NCBI GenBank assembly: GCA_964016885.1
Contig: OZ024742.1
Span: forward strand, 366,668,001-366,732,000
Length of the DNA stretch: 64,000 nt
Source: Eledone cirrhosa
Taxonomy: Eukaryota
Direction of reading: 5' to 3'
The notes beneath the pieces were generated by a model. That model was not told the origin of the DNA. It was given only the letters and a program-made list of their open reading frames with translations, and searched no databases. The position numbers and the translations under genes were made by a program. This document shows, piece by piece, positions 38,801 to 53,800 of this stretch (position 1 is the stretch's first letter; the number at the start of each line of letters is the position of its first letter).

Positions 38801-41800
38801 ATTTAGCCAAAGTTATGTGACCAAGACACTAGTGTTTCAACTAACTACATTTAGCCAAAGTTATGTGACCAAGACACTAGTGTTTCAACTGCCTACATTT
38901 AGCCAAAGTTATGTGACCAAGACACTAGTGTTTCAACTGCCTACATTTAGCCAAAGGTATGTGACCAAGACACTAGTGTTTCAACTAACTACATTTAGCC
39001 AAAGTTATGTGACCAAGACACTAGTGTTTCAACCGCCTACATTTAGCCAAAGTTATGTGACCAAGACACTAGTGTTTCAACTGCCTACATTTAGCCAAAG
39101 TTATGTGACCAAGACACTAGTGTTTCAACTAACTACATTTAGCGAAAGTTATGTGACCAAGACACTAGTGTTTCAACTAACTACATTTAGCCAAAGTTAT
39201 GTGACCAAGACACTAGTGTTTCAACTAAATACATTTAGCCAAAGTTATGTGACCAAGACACTAGTGTTTCAACTAAATACATTTTGCCAAAGTTATGTGA
39301 CCAAGACACTAGTGTTTCAACTGCCTACATTTAGCCAAAGTTATGTGACCAAGACACTAGTGTTTCAACTAACTACATTTAGCCAAAGTTATGTGACCAA
39401 GACACTAGTGTTTCAACTGCCAACATTTAGCCAAAGTTATGTGACCAAGACACTAGTGTTTCAACTGCCTACATTTAGCCAAAGTTATGTGACCAAGACA
39501 CTAGTGTTTCAACTAAATACATTTAGCCAAAGTTATGTGACCAAGACACTAGTGTTTCAACTAAATACATTTAGCCAAAGTTATGTGACCAAGACACTAG
39601 TGTTTCAACTGCCAACATTTAGCCAAAGTTATGCGACCAAGACACTAGTGTTTCAACTGCCTACATTTAGCCAAAGTTATGTGACCAAGACACTAGTGTT
39701 TCAACTAAATACATTTAGCCAAAGTTATGTGACCAAGACACTAGTGTTTCAACTGCCTACATTTAGCCAAAGTTATGTGACCAAGACACTAGTGTTTCAA
39801 CTAAATACATTTAGCCAAAGTTATGTGACCAAGACACTAGTGTTTCAACTAAATACATTTTGCCAAAGTTATGTGACCAAGACACTAGTGTTTCAACTGC
39901 CAACATTTAGCCAAAGTTATGTGACCAAGACACTAGTGTTTCAACTGCCTACATTTAGCCAAAGTTATGTGACCAAGACACTAGTGTTTCAACTAAATAC
40001 ATTTAGCCAAAGTTATGTGACCAAGACACTAGTGTTTCAAATAAATACATTTAGCCAAAGTTATGTGACCAAGACACTAGTGTTTCAAATAAATACATTT
40101 AGCCAAAGTTATGCGACCAAGACACTAGTGTTTCAACTGCCTACATTTAGCCAAAGTTATGTGACCAAGATACTAGTGTTTCAACTGCCTACATTTAGCC
40201 AAAGTTATGTGACCAAGACACTAGTGTTTCAAATAAATACATTTAGCCAAAGTTATGTGACCAAGACACTAGTGTTTCAACTGCCTACATTTAGCCAAAG
40301 TTATGTGACCAAGACACTAGTGTTTCAACTGCCTACATTTAGCCAGAGTTATGTGACCAAGATACTAGTGTTTCAACTGCCTACATTTAGCCAAAGTTAT
40401 GTGACCAAGACACTAGTGTTTCAACTAACTACATTTAGCCAAAGTTATGTGACCAAGACACTAGTGTTTCAACTGCCTACATTTAGCCAAAGTTATGTGA
40501 CCAAGACACTAGTGTTTCAACTAAATACATTTAGCCAAAGTTATGTGACCAAGACACTAGTGTTTCAACTAAATACATTTTGCCAAAGTTATGTGACCAA
40601 GACACTAGTGTTTCAACTGCCAACATTTAGCCAAAGTTATGTGACCAAGACACTAGTGTTTCAACTGCCTACATTTAGCCAAAGTTATGTGACCAAGACA
40701 CTAGTGTTTCAACTAAATACATTTAGCCAAAGTTATGTGACCAAGACACTAGTGTTTCAACTAAATACATTTAGCCAAGGTTATGTGACCAAGACACTAG
40801 TGTTTCAAATAAATACATTTAGCCAAAGTTATGCGACCAAGACACTAGTGTTTCAACTGGCTACATTTAGCCAAATTTATGTGACCAAGACACTAGTGTT
40901 TCAACTGCCTACATTTAGCCAAAGTTATGTGACCAAGACACTAGTGTTTCAACTGCCAACATTTAGCCAAAGTTATGTGACCAAGACACTAGTGTTTCAA
41001 CTGCCTACATTTAGCCAAATTTATGTGACCAAGACACTAGTGTTTCAACTGCCAACATTTAGCCAAAGTTATGTGACCAAGACACTAGTGTTTCAACTGC
41101 CTACATTTAGCCAAAGTTATGTGACCAAGACACTAGTGTTTCAACTAAATACATTTAGCCAAAGTTATGCGACCAAGACACTAGTGTTTCAACTAAATAC
41201 ATTTAGCCAAAGTTATGTGACCAAGACACTAGTGTTTCAAATAAATACATTTAGCCAAAGTTATGCGACCAAGACACTAGTGTTTCAACTGGCTACATTT
41301 AGCCAAATTTATGTGACCAAGACACTACTGTTTCAACTGCCTACATTTAGCCAAAGTTATGTGATCAAGACACTAGTGTTTCAACTAACTACATTTAGCC
41401 AAAGTTATGTGACCAAGACACTAGTGTTTCAACTGCCTACATTTAGCCAAAGTTATGTGACCAAGACACTACTGTTTCAACAGCCTACATTTAGCCAAAG
41501 TTATGTGATCAAGACACTAGTGTTTCAACTAACTACATTTAGCCAAAGTTATGTGACCAAGACACTAGTGTTTCAACTAAATACATTTAGCCAAAGTTAT
41601 GTGACCAAGACACTAGTGTTTCAACTAAATACATTTAGCCAAAGTTATGTGACTAAGACACTAGTGTTTCAACTAAATACATTTAGCCAAAGTTATGTGA
41701 CCAAGACACTAGTGTTTCAACTAAATACATTTAGCCAAAGTTATGTGACCAAGACACTAGTGTTTCAACTAACTAGATTTAGCCAAAGTTATGTGAGCAA

Positions 41801-44800
41801 GACACTAGTGTTTCAACTGCCTACATTTAGCCAAAGTTATGTGACCAAGACACTAGTGTTTCAACTAACTACATTTAGCCAAAATTATGTGACCAAGACA
41901 CTAGTGTTTCAACTGCCTACATTTAGCCAAAGTTATGTGACCAAGACATTAGTGTTTCAATTATCTATATTTAGCCAAAGTTATGTGACCAAGACACTAG
42001 TGTTTCAACTGCCTACATTTAGCCAAAGTTATGTGACCAAAACACTAGTGTTTCAACTGCCTACATTTAGTCAAAGTTATGTGACCAAGACACTAGTGTT
42101 TCAACTACCTACATTTAGCCAAAGTTATGTGACCAAGACACTAGTGTTTCAACTAACTACATTTAGCCAAAGTTGTGTGATCAAGACACTAGTGTTTCAA
42201 CTAACTACATTTAGCCAAAGTTATGTGTCCAAGACACTAGTGTTTCAACTGCCTACATTTAGCCAAAGTTATGTGACCAAGACACTAGTGTTTCAACTGC
42301 CTACATTTAGCTAAAGTTATGTGACCAAGACACTAGTGTTTAAATTAACTACATTTAGCCAAAATTATGTGACCAAGACCCTAGTGTTTCAACTGCCTAC
42401 ATTTAGCCAAAGTTATGTGACCAAGACACTAGTGTTTCAACTGCCTACATTTAGCCAAAGTTATGTGACCAAGACACTAGTGTTTCAACTGCCTACATTT
42501 AGCCAAAGTTATGTGACCAAAACACTAGTGTTTCAAGTGCCTACATTTAGCCAAAGTTATGTGACCAAGGCACTAGTGTTTTAACTAACTACATTTAGCC
42601 AAAGTTATGTGACCAAGGCACTAGTGTTTTAACTAACTACATTTAGCCAAAGATATGTGACCAAGGCACTAGTGTTTTAACTAACTACATTTAGCCAAAG
42701 TTATGTGACCAAGGCACTAGTGTTTTAACTAACTACATTTAGCCAAAGTTATGTGACCAAGACACTAGTCTTTCAACTGCCTACATTTAGCCAAAGTTAT
42801 ATGACCAAGACACTAGTCTTTCAACTGCCTACATTTAGCCAAAGTTATGTGACCAAGACACTAGTGTTTCAACTGCCTACATTTAGCCAAAGTTATGTGA
42901 CCAAGACACTAGTGTTTCAACTGCCTACATTTAGCCAAAGTTATGTGACCAAGACACTAGTGTTTCAAGTGTCTACATTTAGCCAAAGTTATGTGACCAA
43001 GGCACTAGTGTTTTAACTAACTACATTTAGCCAAAGTTATGTGACCAAGACACTAGTGTTTCAACTGCCTACATTTAGCCAAAGTTATGTGACCAAGACA
43101 CTAGTGTTTCAACTGCCTACATTTAGCCAAAGTTATGTGACCAAGACACTAGTGTTTCAACTGCCTACATTTAGCCAAAGTTATGTGACCAAGACACTAG
43201 TGTTTCAAATAAATACATTTAGCCAAAGTTATGCGACCAAGACACTAGTGTTTCAACTAAATACATTTAGCCAAAGTTATGTGACCAAGATACTAGTGTT
43301 TCAACTGCCTACATTTAGCCAAAGTTATGTGACCAAGACACTAGTGTTTCAAATAAATACATTTAGCCAAAGTTATGCGACCAAGACACTAGTGTTTCAA
43401 CTGCCTACATTTAGCCAAAGTTATGTGACCAAGATACTAGTGTTTCAACTGCCTACATTTAGCCAAAGTTATGTGGCCAAGACACTAGTGTTTCAACTAA
43501 CTACATTTAGCCAAAGTTATGTGACCCAGACACTAGTGTTTCAACTGCCTACATTTAGCCAAAGTTATGTGACCAAGACACTAGTGTTTCAACTGCCTAC
43601 ATTTAGCCAAAGTTATGTGACCAAGACACTAGTGTTTCAACTGCCTACATTTAGCCAAAGTTATGTGACCAAGACACTAGTGTTTCAACTGCCTACATTT
43701 AGCCAAAGTTATGTGACCAAGACACTAGTGTTTCAAATAAATACATTTAGCCAAAGTTATGCGACCAAGACACTAGTGTTTCAACTAAATACATTTAGCC
43801 AAAGTTATGTGACCAAGACACTAGTGTTTCAAATAAATACATTTAGCCAAAGTTATGCGACCAAGACACTAGTGTTTCAACTGCCTACATTTAGCCAAAG
43901 TTATGTGACCAAGACACTAGTGTTTCAACTAACTACATTTAGCCAAAGTTATGTGACCAAGACACTAGTGTTTCAACTGCCTACATTTAGCCAAAGTTAT
44001 GTGACCAAGACACTACTGTTTCAACTGCCTACATTTAGCCAAAGTTATGTGATCAAGACACTAGTGTTTCAACTAACTACATTTAGCCAAAGTTATGTGA
44101 CCAAGACTCTAGTGTTTCAACTAAATACATTTAGCCAAAGTTATGTGACCAAGACACTAGTGTTTCAACTAAATACATTTAGCCAAAGTTATGTGACTAA
44201 GACACTAGTGTTTCAACTAAATACATTTAGCCAAAGTTATGTGACCAAGACACTAGTGTTTCAACTAAATACATTTAGCCAAAGTTATGTGACCAAGACA
44301 CTAGTGTTTCAACTAACTAGATTTAGCCAAAGTTATGTGAGCAAGACACTATTGTTTCAACTGCCTACATTTAGCCAAAGTTATGTGACCAAGACACTAG
44401 TGTTTCAACTAACTACATTTAGCCAAAATTATGTGACCAAGACACTAGTGTTTCAACTGCCTACATTTAGCCAAAGTTATGTGACCAAGACATTAGTGTT
44501 TCAATTATCTATATTTAGCCAAAGTTATGTGACCAAGACACTAGTGTTTCAACTGCCTACATTTAGCCAAAGTTATGTGACCAAAACACTAGTGTTTCAA
44601 CTGCCTACATTTAGTCAAAGTTATGTGACCAAGACACTAGTGTTTCAACTACCTACATTTAGCCAAAGTTATGTGACCAAGACACTAGTGTTTCAAATAA
44701 ATACATTTAGCCAAAGTTATGCGACCAAGACACTAGTGTTTCAACTGCCTACATTTAGCCAAAGTTATGTGACCAAGATACTAGTGTTTCAACTGCCTAC

Positions 44801-47800
44801 ATTTAGCCAAAGTTATGTGGCCAAGACACTAGTGTTTCAACTAACTACATTTAGCCAAAGTTATGTGACCCAGACACTAGTGTTTCAACTGCCTACATTT
44901 AGCCAAAGTTATGTGACCAAGACACTAGTGTTTCAACTGCCTACATTTAGCCAAAGTTATGTGACCAAGACACTAGTGTTTCAACTGCCTACATTTAGCC
45001 AAAGTTATGTGACCAAGACACTAGTGTTTCAACTGCCTACATTTAGCCAAAGTTATGTGACCAAGACACTAGTGTTTCAAATAAATACATTTAGCCAAAG
45101 TTATGCGACCAAGACACTAGTGTTTCAACTAAATACATTTAGCCAAAGTTATGTGACCAAGACACTAGTGTTTCAAATAAATACATTTAGCCAAAGTTAT
45201 GCGACCAAGACACTAGTGTTTCAACTGCCTACATTTAGCCAAAGTTATGTGACCAAGACACTAGTGTTTCAACTAACTACATTTAGCCAAAGTTATGTGA
45301 CCAAGACACTAGTGTTTCAACTGCCTACATTTAGCCAAAGTTATGTGACCAAGACACTACTGTTTCAACTGCCTACATTTAGCCAAAGTTATGTGATCAA
45401 GACACTAGTGTTTCAACTAACTACATTTAGCCAAAGTTATGTGACCAAGACTCTAGTGTTTCAACTAAATACATTTAGCCAAAGTTATGTGACCAAGACA
45501 CTAGTGTTTCAACTAAATACATTTAGCCAAAGTTATGTGACTAAGACACTAGTGTTTCAACTAAATACATTTAGCCAAAGTTATGTGACCAAGACACTAG
45601 TGTTTCAACTAAATACATTTAGCCAAAGTTATGTGACCAAGACACTAGTGTTTCAACTAACTAGATTTAGCCAAAGTTATGTGAGCAAGACACTATTGTT
45701 TCAACTGCCTACATTTAGCCAAAGTTATGTGACCAAGACACTAGTGTTTCAACTAACTACATTTAGCCAAAATTATGTGACCAAGACACTAGTGTTTCAA
45801 CTGCCTACATTTAGCCAAAGTTATGTGACCAAGACATTAGTGTTTCAATTATCTATATTTAGCCAAAGTTATGTGACCAAGACACTAGTGTTTCAACTGC
45901 CTACATTTAGCCAAAGTTATGTGACCAAAACACTAGTGTTTCAACTGCCTACATTTAGTCAAAGTTATGTGACCAAGACACTAGTGTTTCAACTACCTAC
46001 ATTTAGCCAAAGTTATGTGACCAAGACACTAGTGTTTCAACTAACTACATTTAGCCAAAGTTGTGTGATCAAGACACTAGTGTTTCAACTAACTACATTT
46101 AGCCAAAGTTATGTGTCCAAGACACTAGTGTTTCAACTGCCTACATTTAGCCAAAGTTATGTGACCAAGACACTAGTGTTTCAACTGCCTACATTTAGCT
46201 AAAGTTATGTGACCAAGACACTAGTGTTTCAATTAACTACATTTAGCCAAAATTATGTGACCAAGACCCTAGTGTTTCAACTGCCTACATTTAGCCAAAG
46301 TTATGTGACCAAGACACTAGTGTTTCAACTGCCTACATTTAGCCAAAGTTATGTGACCAAGACACTAGTGTTTCAACTGCCTACATTTAGCCAAAGTTAT
46401 GTGACCAAGACACTAGTGTTTCAAGTGCCTACATTTAGCCAAAGTTATGTGACCAAGGCACTAGTGTTTTAACTAACTACATTTAGCCAAAGTTATGTGA
46501 CCAAGGCACTAGTGTTTTAACTAACTACATTTAGCCAAAGTTATGTGACCAAGGCACTAGTGTTTTAACTAACTACATTTAGCCAAAGTTATGTGACCAA
46601 GGCACTAGTGTTTTAACTAACTACATTTAGCCAAAGTTATGTGACCAAGACACTAGTCTTTCAACTGCCTACATTTAGCCAAAGTTATATGACCAAGACA
46701 CTAGTCTTTCAACTGCCTACATTTAGCCAAAGTTATGTGACCAAGACACTAGTGTTTCAACTGCCTGCATTTAGCCAAAGTTATGTGACCAAGACACTAG
46801 TCTTTCAACTGCCTACATTTAGCCAAAGTTATGTGACCAAGACACTAGTGTTTCAACTGCCTACATTTAGCCAAAGTTATGTGACCAAGACACTAGTGTT
46901 TCAAGTGCCTACATTTAGCCAAAGTTATGTGACCAAGGCACTAGTGTTTTAACTAACTACATTTAGCCAAAGTTATGTGACCAAGACACTAGTGTTTCAA
47001 CTGCCTACATTTAGCCAAAGTTATGTGACCAAGACACTAGTGTTTCAACTGCCTACATTTATCCAAAGTTATGTGACCAAGATACTAGTGTTTCAACTGC
47101 CTACATTTAGCCAAAGTTATGTGACCAAGACACTAGTTTTTCAACTAACTACATTTAGCCAAAGTTAGGTGACCAAGACACTAGTGTTTCAACTGCCTAC
47201 ATTTAGCCAAAGTTATGTGACCAAGACACTAGTGTTTCAACTAAATACATTTAGCCAAAGTTATGTGACCAAGACACTAGTGTTTCAACTGCCTACATTT
47301 AGCCAAAGTTATGTGACCAAGACACTAGTGTTTCAACTAAATACATTTAGCCAAAGTTATGTGACCAAGACACTAGTGTTTCAACTAAATACATTTAGCC
47401 AAAGTTATGTGACCAAGACACTAGTGTTTCAACTAACTACATTTAGCCAAAGTTATGTGACCAAGACACTAGTGTTTCAACTGCCTACATTTAGCCAAAG
47501 TTATGTGACCAAGACACTAGTGTTTCAACTAACTATATTTAGCCAAAGTTATGTGACCAAGACACTAGTGTTTCAACTGCCTACATTTGGCCAAAGTTAT
47601 GTGACCAAGACACTAGTGTTTCAACTAACTACATTTAGCCAAAGTTATGTGACCAAGACACTAGTGTTTCAACTGCCTACATTTAGTCAGAGTTATGTGA
47701 CTAAGACACTAGTGTTTCAACTAACTACATTTAGCCAAAGTTATGTGACCAAGACACTAGTGTTTCAACTAACTACATTTAGCCAAAGTTATGTGACCAA

Positions 47801-50800
47801 GACACTAGTGTTTCAACTAACTACATATAGCCAAAGTTATGTGACCAAGACACTAGTGTTTCAACTAACTACATTTAGCCAAAGTTATGTGTCCAAGACA
47901 CTAGTGTTTCAACTGCCTACATTTAGCCAAAGTTATGTGACCAAGACACTAGTGTTTCAACTGCCTACATTTAGCCAAAGTTATGTGACCAAGACACTAG
48001 TATTTCAACTGCCTACATTTAGCCAAAGTTATGTGACCAAGACACTAGTGTTTCAACTGCCTACATTTAGCCAAAGTTATGTGACCAAGACACTAGTGTT
48101 TCAACTGCCTACATTTAGCCAAAGGTATGTGACCAAGACACTAGTGTTTCAACTAACTACATTTAGCCAAAGTTATGTGTCCAAGACACTAGTGTTTCAA
48201 CTACCTACATTTAGCCAAAGTTATGTGACCAAGACACTAGTGTTTCAACTAACTACATTTAGCCAAAGTTATGTGACCAAGACACTAGTGTTTCAACTGC
48301 CTACATTTAGCCAAAGTTATGTGACCAAGACACTAGTGTTTCAACTGCCTACATTTAGCCAAAGTTATGTGACCAAGATACTAGTGTTTCAACTGCCTAC
48401 ATTTAGCCAAAGTTATGTGGCCAAGACACTAGTGTTTCAACTAACTACATTTAGCCAAAGTTATGTGACCCAGACACTAGTGTTTCAACTGCCTACATTT
48501 AGCCAAAGTTATGTGACGAAGACACTAGTGTTTCAACTATATACATTTTGCCAAAGTTATGTGACCAAGACACTAGTGTTTCAACTGCCTACATTTAGCC
48601 AAAGTTATGTGACGAAGACACTAGTGTTTCAACTGCCTACATTTAGCCAAAGTTATGTGACGAAGACACTAGTGTTTCAACTGCCTACATTTAGCCAAAG
48701 TTATGTGACCAAGACACAAGTGTTTCAACTAAATACATTTTGCCAAAGTTATGTGACCAAGACACTAGTGTTTCAACTGCCAACATTTAGCCAAAGTTAT
48801 GTGACCAAGACACTAGTGTTTCAACTGCCTACATTTAGCCAAAGTTATGTGACCAAGACACTAGTGTTTCAACTAAATACATTTAGCCAAAGTTATGTGA
48901 CCAAGACACTAGTGTTTCAACTAAATACATTTAGCCAAAGTTATGTGACCAAGACACTAGTGTTTTAAATAAATACATTTAGCCAAAGTTATGCGACCAA
49001 GACACTAGTGTTTCAACTGCCTACATTTAGCCAAAGTTATGTGACCAAGATACTAGTGTTTCAACTGCCTACATTTAGCCAAAGTTATGTGACCAAGACA
49101 CTAGTGTTTCAACTAACTACATTTAGCCAAAGTTATGTGACCAAGACACTAGTGTTTCAACTGCCTACATTTAGCGAAAGTTATGTGACCAAGACACTAG
49201 TGTTTCAACTGCCTACATTTAGCCAAAGTTATGTGACCAAGACACTAGTGTTTCAACTAACTACATTTAGCCAAAGTTATGTGTCCAAGACACTAGTGTT
49301 TCAACTGCCTACATTTAGCCAAAGTTATGTGACCAAGACACTAGTGTTTCAACTGCCTACATTTAGCCAAAGTTATGTGACTAAGACACTAGTGTTTCAA
49401 TTAACTACATTTAGCCAAAGTTATGTGACCAAGACACTAGTGTTTCAACTGCCTACATTTACCCAAAGGTATGTGACCAAGACACTAGTGTTTCAACTAA
49501 CTACATTTAGCCAAAGTTATGTGTCCAAGACACTAGTGTTTCAACTACCTACATTTAGCCAAAGTTATGTGACCAAGACACTAGTGTTTCAACTAACTAC
49601 ATTTAGCCAAAGTTATGTGACCAAGACACTAGTGTTTCAACTGCCTACATTTAGCCAAAGTTATGTGACCAAGACACTAGTGTTTCAACTGCCTACATTT
49701 AGCCAAAATTATGTGACCAAGATACTAGTGTTTCAACTGCCTACATTTAGCCAAATTTATGTGGCCAAGACACTAGTGTTTCAACTAACTACATTTAGCC
49801 AAAGTTATGTGACCAAGACACTAGTGTTTCAACTGCCTACATTTAGCCAAAGTTATGTGACCAAGACACAAGTGTTTCAACTAAATACATTTTGCCAAAG
49901 TTATGTGACCAAGACACTAGTGTTTCAACTGCCAACATTTAGCCAAAGTTATGTGACCAAGACACTAGTGTTTCAACTAAATACATTTAGCCAAAGTTAT
50001 GTGACCAAGACACTAGTGTTTTAAATAAATACATTTAGCCAAAGTTATGCGACCAAGACACTAGTGTTTCAACTGCCTACATTTAGCCAAAGTTATGTGA
50101 CCAAGATACTAGTGTTTCAACTGCCTACATTTAGCCAAAGTTATGTGAACAAGACACTAGTGTTTCAACTAACTACATTTAGCCAAAGTTATGTGACCAA
50201 GACACTAGTGTTTCAACTGCCTACATTTAGCCAAAGTTATGTGACCAAGACACTAGTGTTTCAACTAAATACATTTAGCCAAAGTTATGTGACCAATACA
50301 CTAGTGTTTCAACTGCCTACATTTAGCCAAAGTTATGTGACCAAGATACTAGTGTTTCAACTGCCTACATTTAGCCAAAGTTATGTGACCAAGACACTAG
50401 TGTTTCAACTCCCTACATTTAGCCAAAGTTATGTGACTAAGACACTAGTGTTTCAACTAACTACATTTAGCCAAAGTTATGTGACCAAGACACTAGTGTT
50501 TCAACTAACTACATTTAGCCAAAGTTATGTGACCAAGACACTAGTGTTTCAACTGCCTACATTTAGCCAAAGTTATGTGACCAAGACACTAGTGTTTCAA
50601 CTGCCTACATTTAGCCAAAGTTATGTGACCAAGACACTAGTGTTTCAACTAAATACATTTAGCCAAAGTAATGTGACCAAGACACTAGTGTTTCAACTAA
50701 ATACATTTAGCCAAAGTTATGTGACCAAGACACTAGTGTTTTAAATAAATACATTTAGCCAAAGTTATGCGACCAAGACACTAGTGTTTCAACTGCCTAC

Positions 50801-53800
50801 ATTTAGCCAAAGTTATGTGACCAAGATACTAGTGTTTCAACTGCCTACATTTAGCCAAAGTTATGTGACCAAGACACTAGTGTTTCAACTAACTACATTT
50901 AGCCAAAGTTATGTGACCAAGACACTAGTGTTTCAACTGCCTACATTTAGCCAAAGTTATGTGACCAAGACACTAGTGTTTCAACTAAATACATTTTGCC
51001 AAAGTTATGTGACCAAGACACTAGTGTTTCAACTAAATACATTTTGCCAAAGTTATGTGACCAAGACACTAGTGTTTCAACTAAATACATTTTGCCAAAG
51101 TTATGTGACCAAGACACTAGTGTTTCAACTGCCAACATTTAGCCAAAGTTATGTGACCAAGACACTAGTGTTTCAACTGCCTACATTTAGCCAAAGTTAT
51201 GCGACCAAGACACTAGTGTTTCAACTGCCTACATTTAGCCAAAGTTATGTGACCAAGACACTAGTGTTTCAACTGCCTACATTTAGCCAAAGTTATGTGA
51301 CCAAGACACTAGTGTTTCAACTGCCTACATTAAGCCAAAGTTATGTGACCAAGACACTAGTGTTTCAAATAAATACATTTAGCCAAAGTTATGCGACCAA
51401 GACACTAGTGTTTCAACTAAATACATTTAGCCAAAGTTATGTGACCAAGACACTAGTGTTTCAAATAAATACATTTAGCCAAAGTTATGCGACCAAGACA
51501 CTAGTGTTTCAACTGCCTACATTTAGCCAAAGTTATGTGACCAAGACACTACTGTTTCAACTGCCTACATTTAGCCAAAGTTATGTGATCAAGACACTAG
51601 TGTTTCAACTAACTACATTTAGCCAAAGTTATGTGACTAAGACACTGGTGTTTCAACTAAATACATTTAGCCAAAGTTATGTGACGAAGATACTAGTGTT
51701 TCAACTAAATACATTTAGCCAAAGTTATGTGACCAAGACACTAGTGTTTCAACTAACTAGATTTAGCCAAAGTTATGTGAGCAAGACACTAGTGTTTCAA
51801 CTGCCTACATTTAGCCAGAGTTATGTGACCAAGACACTAGTGTTTCAACTAACTACATTTAGCCAAAGTTATGTGACCAAGACACTAGTGTCTCAACTGC
51901 CTACATTTAGCCAAAGTTATGTGACCAAGACATTAGTGTTTCAATTATCTATATTTAGCCAAAGTTATGTGACCAAGACACTAGTGTTTCAACTGCCTAC
52001 ATTTAGCCAAAGTTATGTGACCAAGACACTAGTGTTTCAACTGCCTACATTTAGCCAAAGTTATGTGACCAAGACACTAGTGTTTCAACTGCCTACATTT
52101 AGCCAAAGTTATGTGACCAAGACACTAGTGTTTCAACTGCCTACATTTAGCCAAAGTTATGTGACCAAGACACTAGTGTTTCAACTAAATACATTTAGCC
52201 AAAATTTTGTGACCAAGACACTAGTGTTTCAACTGCCTACATTTAGCCAAAGTTATGTGACCAAGACACTAGTGTTTCAACTGCCTACATTTAGCCAAAG
52301 TTATGTGACCAAGACACTAGTGTTTCAAGTAAATACATTTAGCCAAAGTTATGTGACCAAGACACTAGTGTTTCAACTGCCTACATTTAGCCAAAGTTAT
52401 GTGACCAAGACACTAGTGTTTCAAGTAAATACATTTAGCCAAAGTTATGTGACCAAGACACTAGTGTTTCAACTGCCTACATTTAGCCAAAGTTATGTGA
52501 CCAAGACACTAGTGTTTCAACTAAATACATTTAGCCAAAATTTTGTGACCAAGACACTAGTGTTTCAACTGCCTACATTTAGCCAAAGTTATGTGACCAA
52601 GACACTAGTGTTTCAAGTAAATACATTTAGCCAAAGTTATGTGAGCAAGACACTAGTGTTTCAACTGCCTACATTTAGCCAAAGTTATGTGACCAAGACA
52701 CTAGTGTTTCAACTAACTACATTTAGCCAAAGTTATGTGACCAAGACACTAGTGTTTCAACTAACTACATTTAGCCAAAGTTATGTGACCAAGACACTAG
52801 TGTTTCAACTAACTACATTTAGCCAAAGTTATGTGACCAAGACACTAGTGTTTCAACTAAATACATTTTGCCAAAGTTATGTGACCAAGCCACTAGTGTT
52901 TCAACTAAATACATTTAGCCAAAATTTTGTGACCAAGACACTAGTGTTTCAACTGCCTACATTTAGCCAAAGTTATGTGACCAAGACACTAGTGTTTCAA
53001 GTAAATACATTTAGCCAAAGTTATGTGACCAAGACACTAGTGTTTCAACTAACTATATTTCGCCAAAGTTATGTGAGCAAGACACTAGTGTTTCAACTGC
53101 CTACATTTAGCCAAAGTTATGTGACCAATACACTAGTGTTTCAACTAACTACATTTAGCCAAAGTTATGTGACCAAGACACTAGTGTTTCAACTGCCTAC
53201 ATTTAGCCAAAGTTATGTGACCAAGACATTAGTGTTTCAATTATCAATATTTAGCCAAAGTTATGTGACCAAGACACTAGTGTTTCAACTGCCTACATTT
53301 AGCCAAAGTTATGTGACCAAGACACTAGTGTTTCAACTGCCTACATTTAGCCAAAGTTATGTGACCAAGACCCTAGTATTTCAACTGCCTACATTTAGCC
53401 AAAGTTATGTGACCAAGCCACTAGTGTTTCAACTAAATACATTTAGCCAAAGTTATGTGACCAAGACACTAGTGTTTCAACTAACTACATTTAGCCAAAG
53501 TTATGTGACCAAGACACTAGTGTTTCAACTGCCTACATTTAGTCAAAGTTATGTGACCAAGACACTAGTGTTTCAACTACCTACATTTAGCCAAAGTTAT
53601 GTGACCAAGACACTAGTGTTTCAACTAACTACATTTAGCCAAACTTGTGTGATCAAGACACTAGTGTTTCAACTAACTACATTTAGCCAAAGTTATGTGT
53701 CCAAGACACTAGTGTTTCAACTGCCTACATTTAGCCAAAGTTATGTGACCAAGACACTAGTGTTTCAACTGCCTACATTTAGTCAAATTTATGTGACCAA